Assembly: GCA_965226795.1 (NCBI GenBank)
Contig: CBDDDZ010000002.1
Coordinates: 32,001-96,000, forward strand
Source: Candidatus Latescibacterota bacterium
Lineage (GTDB): Bacteria; Latescibacterota; UBA2968; GCA-2709665
DNA length: 64,000 nt
Direction: 5' to 3'
This document shows, piece after piece, positions 38,364 through 46,666 of this stretch (positions are counted from its first letter, which is position 1; every line of letters starts with the position of its first letter). The position numbers were made by a program, and so were the translations under genes. Under the pieces are notes generated by a model. That model saw only the letters and a program-made list of their open reading frames with translations, did not search any database and had not been told where the DNA came from.

Positions 38364-40796
38364 ATGCGTTCGAACCGTTTGAACGCCGTCCTGAAAGGGT
38401 GCGGCGGATGGGCGTTCGCAGTAGTCTTGGCGATATCCTGGTCCGGACAGGTCTGGGGCCAGGCGAATCACCCGGGGTCCGCCGGCAGGGCCGCCCTGGA
38501 GCGCGGGATGCTCTATACGTCCGTGACGAATCTGGGCACGCAGGGCGGCTCCATTGGCGCCGCGCTCTCACGGTCTTCCAGCATGGTCTACCCGGCCACG
38601 GTGGGCGGAGACATCATTACCGGTGACGGCTGGGCGGGCCAGCTGCCTTTTTTCCGCGTCGACTGCAACAGCGAAGGGCGAATCGAGAGTACGTCGCACG
38701 GGGAGGGCATCGGTCTTGCGTTGCGGCTTCCGTCCAGCTTTGCGGGCACGAGAGCGTACGACTCCTTCTCCAAGAACGAGTTCTACGTGGTATTGACCGG
38801 CCCGCGGTCCGACATGCTCGACGAGATCGTGCCCATGGTGGCAGACCCCTCGATGGACGAGAACCTGGCGTATCTGGGCGGTGAGCCCAGGGTGCAGCCC
38901 TCCTCCGCCGAAGATCCGGGCATAGACTGGCGTAAAGGCAAACCGTGGTACTACGCCCCCACCTGGAGCGAGAACCTGGCGCAGATCCTGACCGAGGCGC
39001 CGCTGAACCGGGACCCCGTGAGGATCAGTAACTGGTCGTTCGGGGAATACCCGACCGCGGGGCCGCCGGCCGCGCCTTCGTCCCGTTCCGACGAATGGCC
39101 CGAAGAAATCATACTCACCAAGTGGACCACGCTGGCGGGGGTTACCTTTACGCGGAGGACGATGACCTGGAGCTATCCCGCGTGGGATGACTTCATCATT
39201 ACGGAGATCGAATTCGAGAACACGGGCGACAGCGACGGAGACGGAGAGAGGGACCTGCCCGCGGAAACGCTGAGCGACGTCTTCATACCCATCATCAACG
39301 CCTGGATGCTCACGGATGCGGGGCTTTCCCACTACAACCGGTCGGATAGCTGGCACTGGTACAACGTGGGCGGTCTCGACGACTGGGTCGTTTATACGGA
39401 GAATGCCGGCTATTCGGGTCCGGCCAAGGGGCTGAAGATGATCGTGGACTGGGACGGCGACAGTCCGGAGTTCCCGTGGGACGATACGGGCGATCCCGTC
39501 AACCGGCTGATTATTTCGCCGTCGTGCGATACAGGCCGTAAGGACGGCGAGTTCACCTCCTATCAGTATATGGGCTTCGGGCCCCTGGCGTATCAGGACG
39601 GCGGCGAGTGGGGCTTCAACTCGCGGGACCAGGGCAAATATGCACAGCCTGAGGGTGATCAACCGCACGCAGTGCGCTTCTGGCGGATCGAAGGCACAAC
39701 TGTGTCCGCGGACCCTCGGCCGGGCGCGCACGACCGGCAGACCATGTACAACATGATAACGGAACAGGGCCATCAGTCCAATCCCGGAGAGATCGGAGTG
39801 TTCTACAGCGCCGAGACCTTTGGCCCGTATTCATTGGCGCCGGGCGATAAGGCCAAACTGGTGGTGGCCTGGGTGGGTGGTTCCGGCGCGGGAGAGAGCG
39901 ACCTCTACTCCTGGACGCGGTCCCATCTTTACGACTTCGACGGCCTGAAGAAGGGCGAAGGCTGGATGGTGGAGTTCTTCAAGCGGGCGAAGTGGGCCTA
40001 TCAGAACGAGTACGACGTGCCGGATTCGCCGCCGGACGTGTACGTGGCGGTCTCAAACAGCCCGGACGCGCAGAACCTGCTCAAGTGGAACTCGGCCGAC
40101 GGCGCAATGAATCCCGACTATATCGGCGCAGCGGCGCAGGACGTGGCGGGTTACCGGGTTTACCGGTCCGAATGGAACCCGGACGGGCCGTGGGACAGGA
40201 TCGGCGAGGTTTCGGCGGGCACCCATACGTATACGGACGAGTTGTCGGTAGCCGGCTTCAACTACTGGTATTCGGTAAGGCCGTTTGCCAGCGGCCACGA
40301 AGACTGGGTGGGCCGAGTGGGCACGATGGCCACGCTGCCTGAACTGGTGCAGGCGCAGGTGAGGGCCGGCCTGGAGGGCGGCCAGTGGGCGCGGTCACAG
40401 CGCAAGCCGCCGTTTTACAGCCCGAAGCAACCCGCGGTGGGCGAAACCGAGCAGTTGGGCCGGGAGGTTTTCGTGGTACCCAATCCGTTCCGGGTTGGCG
40501 ACGCCAATCTGCAATACCCGGGCAAACCGCAGATCCGGTTCGTGAACGTGCCTAGCAAGTGCTGGATCTACGTATTCAACAGCGCGGGCGACATGGTCGG
40601 AAAGATCCTCCACGACGACCGTACGGATGCGCCGAACGATTCCAGTCTATGGCTGGGCGAAGCGCAATGGGACCAGTTGGCGATGTCGCTGGGCACCGGG
40701 TCGATTTCTGCGGGCGTCTATTTCTTCGTCGTGGAATCTCTCGTTTCCGAAAGTATGGGGAAGAAGCGGATAGGGAAATTCATGGTCATCCGATAG
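38364..40796 (+). CDS. Secreted protein with Fn3-like module and T9SS-type C-terminal sorting-like domain
   Basis: Signal peptide; AGYRVYRS..YTD..YWYSV; C-terminal VFVVPNPF..IRFVNVP..IYVFNSAGDMV..AQWD..AGVYFFVV..GKFMVIR. Confidence 0.75.
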   Translation: MRSNRLNAVLKGCGGWAFAVVLAISWSGQVWGQANHPGSAGRAALERGMLYTSVTNLGTQGGSIGAALSRSSSMVYPATVGGDIITGDGWAGQLPFFRVDCNSEGRIESTSHGEGIGLALRLPSSFAGTRAYDSFSKNEFYVVLTGPRSDMLDEIVPMVADPSMDENLAYLGGEPRVQPSSAEDPGIDWRKGKPWYYAPTWSENLAQILTEAPLNRDPVRISNWSFGEYPTAGPPAAPSSRSDEWPEEIILTKWTTLAGVTFTRRTMTWSYPAWDDFIITEIEFENTGDSDGDGERDLPAETLSDVFIPIINAWMLTDAGLSHYNRSDSWHWYNVGGLDDWVVYTENAGYSGPAKGLKMIVDWDGDSPEFPWDDTGDPVNRLIISPSCDTGRKDGEFTSYQYMGFGPLAYQDGGEWGFNSRDQGKYAQPEGDQPHAVRFWRIEGTTVSADPRPGAHDRQTMYNMITEQGHQSNPGEIGVFYSAETFGPYSLAPGDKAKLVVAWVGGSGAGESDLYSWTRSHLYDFDGLKKGEGWMVEFFKRAKWAYQNEYDVPDSPPDVYVAVSNSPDAQNLLKWNSADGAMNPDYIGAAAQDVAGYRVYRSEWNPDGPWDRIGEVSAGTHTYTDELSVAGFNYWYSVRPFASGHEDWVGRVGTMATLPELVQAQVRAGLEGGQWARSQRKPPFYSPKQPAVGETEQLGREVFVVPNPFRVGDANLQYPGKPQIRFVNVPSKCWIYVFNSAGDMVGKILHDDRTDAPNDSSLWLGEAQWDQLAMSLGTGSISAGVYFFVVESLVSESMGKKRIGKFMVIR

Positions 40797-40833
40797 CCGG
40801 CGCGCGGCAATTCCGGTAAGGAGCGATAAGCTT

Positions 40834-41814
40834 ATGAAGCGGATACTTTGTATGACACTGATGACCGTTCTCGTGGCCGGCGCATACTGGGACCCGCCCG
40901 CGGAAGCGCGGGACGCACCCGAAATCCTGAAGTCCGAGGATTTCAGGAAATTGGGTCTGGCGTCGTTTCCGTGGATGAAAGTGACCCAGTCCCCCCGTGC
41001 TTCGGCTATGGGTGATGCATTTACAGCCGTGTCGAACGACATCAACGCGATCTTTTTCAATCCCGCGGGTCTGGTTCACCTGAAGCGTTTCGGCTACCAG
41101 CTTTCCCACACCAGGTGGCTGGTCGACACCGGATTCTACAGCGGTGCGTTGGCCTACAGGACGGGTTGGGGCGTGTTGGGCGTCAGCGTCGTGAATTACG
41201 ACGTGGGCGATATGCCGGTGAGGACAATTTACAATCCCGAGGGCACGGGCGAGATGGTAAAAGGCGGCGGGACGGCCGCCGGCGTGGCCTATGCGTTTCA
41301 GGCAACCGACAAGCTGGGCCTGGGCATCCGGGCGGTGTATGTTTCGGAGACCCTGCACGTCGACAATATGTCCTCGCTCGTACTGGACGCCGGCACCCAC
41401 TTCTATACGGGTTTTCGAAGCTCACGGATAGCTCTAGCCATGCGGAATTTCGGGCCGGACACGAAGGTGCTGGCCGAAGATCAGAAATTCCTGATGCCCA
41501 TGAATTTCGATATCGGCGTGGCCATGGAGCTTTTCGGCCAGATGGGCGATCCGAATTACCTGACCGTTTCGGCCGAGAGTTCGTATCAGGTGGACTACGA
41601 ACAACGCTGGCAGATGGGCGGGGAGTTGTGGCTGTCAAACGCCGTGGCACTGCGAGCAGGATACAAGTTCAACCACGACCTGGAAAGTTACAGTTTTGGC
41701 GCGGGATTCAAGGGCGCCTGGGGAGACCGAACGGTTCTGGTTGACGTCGCCTATACCAATGTCGGCGACTTACTCGACGCACCGATACGGTTCAGCATTG
41801 GCGGCGCGTTTTAA
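40834..41814 (+). CDS. PorV/PorQ family outer-membrane protein
   Basis: PRASAMGDAFTAVSNDINAIFFNPAGL, SHTRWLVD, ALRAGYKF, SFGAG, terminal F. Confidence 0.85.
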   Translation: MKRILCMTLMTVLVAGAYWDPPAEARDAPEILKSEDFRKLGLASFPWMKVTQSPRASAMGDAFTAVSNDINAIFFNPAGLVHLKRFGYQLSHTRWLVDTGFYSGALAYRTGWGVLGVSVVNYDVGDMPVRTIYNPEGTGEMVKGGGTAAGVAYAFQATDKLGLGIRAVYVSETLHVDNMSSLVLDAGTHFYTGFRSSRIALAMRNFGPDTKVLAEDQKFLMPMNFDIGVAMELFGQMGDPNYLTVSAESSYQVDYEQRWQMGGELWLSNAVALRAGYKFNHDLESYSFGAGFKGAWGDRTVLVDVAYTNVGDLLDAPIRFSIGGAF

Positions 41815-42011
41815 CTTTAATTGCCGTCGCGGCCTTGCGCGGGGCCATTTGACGTGAACAGAGCTTACGGCGGCGCAATGTGTCTCCGGCCGGGTTGGCG
41901 GGATGGGGCATTGGCCGCCGTTTTGTTGTCGACGCAAGGATCGGTAAGGGGTAAGAAAAGGCCCGGGCAGAATGGGACCGGACGGTAGTCTTCCCATCGA
42001 CCCGGCGCGAG

Positions 42012-42905
42012 GTGGTCATGCGTGCCATCGGATTGTTCTGTGTCTGTCTGATTTGGTGGGGCGTTGCGGGTTGCGGCGTTGCGGACGAGCCGCCCACCAG
42101 CGCCGTGGAGGAAGTCGACCCGAGCAAAGATCGGCCCCTTCCGGTAGGCCTGGCGCGGTTTTTCAGGGGCGTTGAGATGGTTCGGGTGCCCGCGGGCCAC
42201 TTCACCATGGGCATGGAAAGAGGGCCGACGGATCAGCAGCCCGCCCGGCAGGTGTACCTGAATGCATTCTACATTGATCGTTTTGAAGTGACCAATGCCC
42301 AGTATATCAAATTCTGGGCGGCTCGCGACGGCGGCAACCGGGAACGGAATACGCCGGCCAGCCACGGGTCCCGGGACGGCATCGGAGACTGGCCTCAGCG
42401 GGCGGACACCAGGCCGGACTTTCCTGTCGTGGGGATCAACTGGTTCGACGCAGCCGCCTACTGCGCCTGGCGCGGGATCCGGTTGCCCACCGAGGCGGAA
42501 TGGGAGAAGACCGCCCGCGGCGACGAGGCGAGGGAGCCGTATCCCTGGAACAAGGGTCTGAATGGTTCCCGGGCGAACTACAGGGATGGCGACGACGGCT
42601 ATGACAATACCCTGGCCCCGGTGGGCAATTACCCCGAAGGCGTGAGTTTTTACGGCGCGATGGACCTGGTGGGAAACGTGTGGGAGTGGTGCGCGGACCA
42701 CTACGATTCCGAATATTACAAGGTGGGCGCCACGATCGCCCCCACGGGACCGGAGCAGGGTCTGTTCCGGGTAATTAGGGGAGGGTCCTGGCGGACCGCC
42801 GCGGGCCAGGATCCGAACAAGCTCAGCATCACCTATCGCAGTTGGTCCGATCCAAAGGGTGCCACCGACGGATGGGGGGTTCGGTGCGCCCGGGACATCA
42901 ATTGA
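42012..42905 (+). CDS. FGE-sulfatase-fold (SUMF1/EgtB/PvdO) predicted lipoprotein
   Basis: VAGC lipobox, FEVTNAQY, RLPTEAEWEK, DLVGNVWEW, RGGSW, GVRCA. Confidence 0.88.
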   Translation: MVMRAIGLFCVCLIWWGVAGCGVADEPPTSAVEEVDPSKDRPLPVGLARFFRGVEMVRVPAGHFTMGMERGPTDQQPARQVYLNAFYIDRFEVTNAQYIKFWAARDGGNRERNTPASHGSRDGIGDWPQRADTRPDFPVVGINWFDAAAYCAWRGIRLPTEAEWEKTARGDEAREPYPWNKGLNGSRANYRDGDDGYDNTLAPVGNYPEGVSFYGAMDLVGNVWEWCADHYDSEYYKVGATIAPTGPEQGLFRVIRGGSWRTAAGQDPNKLSITYRSWSDPKGATDGWGVRCARDIN

Positions 42906-42907
42906 GA

Positions 42908-43765
42908 ATGCGCGGGTGGGGGCGGTTGCGGGCTGCCTGGTATGCCGTCCTGGTGTGCGCCGGATGCAGCGGCGGGTCCCTGCTGGACGACCTCCCGGAG
43001 GGGGTCTTCCTGGACCGGACGCCGGCCGGCACGGTGGATACGATGCTGGTCGTAACCGCGGGCGATTTCCTGATGGGCACGAATCGTGGATTCGACCCGG
43101 AAGGCCCCGCGCACGTCGTCCATCTGAATGCGTTTTATATTGACAAGTACGAGGTGACCAACGCGCAGTACAGTGCGTATGCACGTTCGACGAGAGTTTC
43201 ATTGCCGCCGGAAACTCGGAATCCGTTGTTTTCCAAAGACCGGCAGCCGACTGTTGGGGTGATGTGGCCGGAGGCGGATGCCTACTGCAGGTGGCGGGGC
43301 GGAAGCCTGCCCACCGAGGCGCAGTGGGAAAAGGCGGCACGGGGGACGGACGGACGGACATACCCGTGGGGTGAAGAGGCGCCCGGAAGAGACTACGCGA
43401 TCATGGATCTGGGCGGGACGTGCGGGCGTACCAACTGGGCGAATCCGTCTGGCGGTCCGGTGCCCGGGGAGTTCTGTCAAACCATGCCGGTGGGTTCCAG
43501 GCCCAGGGGCGCGAGCCCGTACGGGTTACTTGACATGGCGGGCAATGCCTGGGAGTGGTGCGACGACTGGTACGATGATACTTACTATAGACGAAGTCCC
43601 AAAGAAGATCCATCCGGCCCGGCGACCGGGACGTTCCGTGTGGTGAGAGGCAGTTCCTGGCACCACCTGCCGCATTATCTGAAAACGTCGGCCCGGTTCA
43701 GATTTTATCCCGACCAGAAGGGCAATTTCATCGGGTTTCGCTGTGTGCGGGACGTACATCAATAA
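42908..43765 (+). CDS. FGE-sulfatase-fold (SUMF1/EgtB/PvdO) predicted lipoprotein
   Basis: CAGC lipobox-like, YEVTNAQY, LPTEAQWEKAARG, DMAGNAWEW, RGSSW, GFRCV. Confidence 0.88.
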   Translation: MRGWGRLRAAWYAVLVCAGCSGGSLLDDLPEGVFLDRTPAGTVDTMLVVTAGDFLMGTNRGFDPEGPAHVVHLNAFYIDKYEVTNAQYSAYARSTRVSLPPETRNPLFSKDRQPTVGVMWPEADAYCRWRGGSLPTEAQWEKAARGTDGRTYPWGEEAPGRDYAIMDLGGTCGRTNWANPSGGPVPGEFCQTMPVGSRPRGASPYGLLDMAGNAWEWCDDWYDDTYYRRSPKEDPSGPATGTFRVVRGSSWHHLPHYLKTSARFRFYPDQKGNFIGFRCVRDVHQ

Positions 43766-44909
43766 CCTGTGCGTCGGTGCGGTGGGCCGGGCGCTGTGGC
43801 GGGGTACGCTGGTGGTCTGCGTGATGTTTGCGCAACCTCTCCTCGAGAGCACGGAAAGGATCGCGCTTGAGGATAGCGTGGCCAGCCGGTTGACCGGGGC
43901 GATAGGCCTGACGCCGCCGCCGTCGGGATTGGGGGCGGGAGCGACACCCCGCGCCTATCCCGCATTTGCCGAAGCCGCCGGACTCGTTGCCAGGAGCCGG
44001 GGCGAGAGCGAGGCGGAATGGAATCTGACCCAGGCTGCGATCGGCGTCACGGTCGCGCGCCTGCGTGAGGCCCTGGTGGCCGCTCCGGATTTCGCCGCGT
44101 CTCACTACCTTCTTGGCCTGATGGATGCGCGACAGCGCAGGTACGGCGCCGCACTTGCAGCCTATCGGCGGGCCGCCAGCGCGGGGCCACCCTTTTCTGA
44201 CGATCCGATGAAGGCGCTTTTCCTGCGGGCAGTCTCCCGTTGTCAGTCCGCCGCGCAGCAGGTTGCGACGGGCACCCAGTTCCTGGATCGGGGGAAAGTT
44301 GAGGAGGCGCGGGCGGCGTATCGGGAGGCCGTCGCGCTGATGCCGGACTACGCCGAGGCACACGCGAACCTGGGCCTTGTCCATATGCTCACGGGAGATC
44401 TTGAAGGGGCCGTTTCCCGGCAACTGGAAGCTATCCGCCTGAAGCCGGACCTGGCCGAGGCGCATTACAACCTGGGCAATGTATATTCCCGGCGGAGAAG
44501 GTATGCGGAGGCGGTGCTCTCGTACCGCGAGGCCATCGGGCTGAAACCGGAAAGCGCGCCGCCGGATTCGGTCGTGTCGGTTGTGGACGCACATCAGGGG
44601 GCGTATACCCGGTCGGTTGCCGGGTACCAGCATGCCATGCGCTACGCGGGCCTGGCCAACGCGTCCCTCAATCTCGGCGACCACGCGGCGGCGATTGAGG
44701 CGTACAAACGCGCGATCCACCTTGCGCCCGATTTTGCCGACGGGCACTACAATCTGGGCGTCATTCACGAGCGGGAGGGCAACGTGGGGAGCGCCATCGT
44801 CCACTGGCGGGCTTATCTGAAGCTGGCCAGGAGCGATCCGGCGCAGGGGGCGTGGGTTGCCGACGCCAGGGCAAGACTGAATCGGCTGGAAAAATCTCGA
44901 AAAAAGTGA
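43743..44909 (+). CDS. Tetratricopeptide repeat protein; start uncertain
   Basis: PDYAEAHANLG, PDLAEAHYNLG, PDFADGHYNLG. Confidence 0.85.
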   Translation: MCGTYINNLCVGAVGRALWRGTLVVCVMFAQPLLESTERIALEDSVASRLTGAIGLTPPPSGLGAGATPRAYPAFAEAAGLVARSRGESEAEWNLTQAAIGVTVARLREALVAAPDFAASHYLLGLMDARQRRYGAALAAYRRAASAGPPFSDDPMKALFLRAVSRCQSAAQQVATGTQFLDRGKVEEARAAYREAVALMPDYAEAHANLGLVHMLTGDLEGAVSRQLEAIRLKPDLAEAHYNLGNVYSRRRRYAEAVLSYREAIGLKPESAPPDSVVSVVDAHQGAYTRSVAGYQHAMRYAGLANASLNLGDHAAAIEAYKRAIHLAPDFADGHYNLGVIHEREGNVGSAIVHWRAYLKLARSDPAQGAWVADARARLNRLEKSRKK

Positions 44910-46639
44910 TACGCTTCTGTATTATATGGACCCTTTCTGTGTTCCTGACGGGCATGGCGGGTAACAGCCTCGCGCAGGGGGTGGTCTTCAAGGATGTGAC
45001 CGAGGCCGCAGGGATCCGGTTCAGGCACGATAACGGCGGGTTCGGCAGGGAATATATGCCGGAATCGATGGGGTCGGGGTGCGCGTTCTGGGACTATGAC
45101 GGCGATGGGGATGCGGATATTCTCCTGATCAACGGCACCCCGTTGCGGGAGCGCGAATCGGGGCCGCCATCGACGATGGCGCTCTACCGGAACGATGGAG
45201 ACGGGAGCTTTTCGGATGTGACGGCGCAGGCGGGGCTCAGGCGGCCCCTGTACGGGATGGGCTGCGCGGCTGGTGACTATGACAACGACGGAGACAGCGA
45301 CCTGTACGTGGCCTGCCTGGGCGCCAACCGGCTGTACCGGAATGACGGGGACGGGCGGTTCGAGGACGTCACGGCGCAGATGGGGGTGGGAGATTCGGCC
45401 TGGAGCGTGTGTGCGGTGTGGCTGGACTATGATCGGGATGGCGACCTGGACCTGTTCGCTGGAAACTACCTGCAATGGACCGCGGAGAGGGATGATTGGC
45501 TGTCGGAGCGTTCCAACGCGCGATCTTACGCGCCGCAGCTGTACGATCCCGAGTACTCACGGCTTTACCGCAACGACGGAGACCGCTTTGAGGACGTCAC
45601 GGACGCATCCGGAATCGGCGGAAAACCGGGGAAGGGTATGTCGGCGGTCGCGTTGGATTACAATGGGGACGGATGGCCGGACATTCTGATCTCGAACGAC
45701 ACCATGCCGGACTATCTGTACCGCAACAACGGGGATGGCACGTTTACGGAAGATGGTCTTCTGGCGGGCGTGGCGTTCAGCGCCGCTGGAGATGCGAAGT
45801 CGGGCATGGGCGTGGACGCCGGAGACCTCCGCAATGCCGGCAGGGAGGACGTGGCCATCGGGAATTTCGCCTTTGAGATGATTTCGCTGTTCCAGAACCA
45901 GGACGGAGCGTATTTCACGGATTGGACTCTGCCCTCCGGCGTGGGACACCCGAGTGCGCCGTTTGTCACGTTTGGGGTATTCCTTTTCGACTACGATCTG
46001 GACGGCCACCTGGATCTTTTCGCTGCAAACGGGCACGTCGACAGGCGGATCCACGAGGTCAAATCCCACCTCAGCTACGCCCAGCGCCCTCTGCTGTACC
46101 GGAACATGGGGGACGGCAGCTTCGCGGAAGTGGGCGCGACATGCGGCGATCTGGCGGATCCCGTGGTGGGCCGCGGGGCTGCGTACGCTGACTATGACGG
46201 CGACGGCGACCTGGACGTGCTGGTTGCCACCAACAACGGCCGTCCCGCGCTTTATCGCAACGAAGGAGGCAACCGGAACCGTTGCCTGAAGGTGAAGCTG
46301 GTCGGAGGCGGTCCGCCCACGAGCGCCGGGCTTCAGAAGCCGGTCGGAGAGCCGTCCTGGTCCAACCGGGACGGAACTGGCGCGACCGTGCGCGTCCGGT
46401 CCGGGGACATGGTGCAGACACGCTCCGTCAAGGCCGGATCAAGCTATTGTTCGCAAAGTGAGCAGATATTGACATTTGGGCTGGCAGGAGCCCTGGCCGT
46501 CGAGTCAGTTGAGGTGGTCTGGCCCTCCGGCCGGATAGAACGGATCAACAACGTTGCAGCCGGGCAGACGGTGACCGTTCGGGAGGGACGGGGAATTGTT
46601 GCCACAACGCCGCTGAAGGCCATATCGGCGGCGGATTGA
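44906..46639 (+). CDS. CRTAC1-family protein (FG-GAP/VCBS repeats plus ASPIC/UnbV)
   Basis: Many DYDxDGDxD repeats, LYRNxGDG.F.DVT, GSSYCSQS..LTFGL..VVWPSG. GTG start overlaps the TPR stop. Confidence 0.9.
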   Translation: MIRFCIIWTLSVFLTGMAGNSLAQGVVFKDVTEAAGIRFRHDNGGFGREYMPESMGSGCAFWDYDGDGDADILLINGTPLRERESGPPSTMALYRNDGDGSFSDVTAQAGLRRPLYGMGCAAGDYDNDGDSDLYVACLGANRLYRNDGDGRFEDVTAQMGVGDSAWSVCAVWLDYDRDGDLDLFAGNYLQWTAERDDWLSERSNARSYAPQLYDPEYSRLYRNDGDRFEDVTDASGIGGKPGKGMSAVALDYNGDGWPDILISNDTMPDYLYRNNGDGTFTEDGLLAGVAFSAAGDAKSGMGVDAGDLRNAGREDVAIGNFAFEMISLFQNQDGAYFTDWTLPSGVGHPSAPFVTFGVFLFDYDLDGHLDLFAANGHVDRRIHEVKSHLSYAQRPLLYRNMGDGSFAEVGATCGDLADPVVGRGAAYADYDGDGDLDVLVATNNGRPALYRNEGGNRNRCLKVKLVGGGPPTSAGLQKPVGEPSWSNRDGTGATVRVRSGDMVQTRSVKAGSSYCSQSEQILTFGLAGALAVESVEVVWPSGRIERINNVAAGQTVTVREGRGIVATTPLKAISAAD

Positions 46640-46666
46640 GGGATCTCAACAACTAGGGGGTGCCAC

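Noticed and set aside
42012..43765. DGR target genes (FGE/CLec-fold C-termini)
   Set aside because: No reverse transcriptase and no template repeat differing only at adenines was seen in the window.
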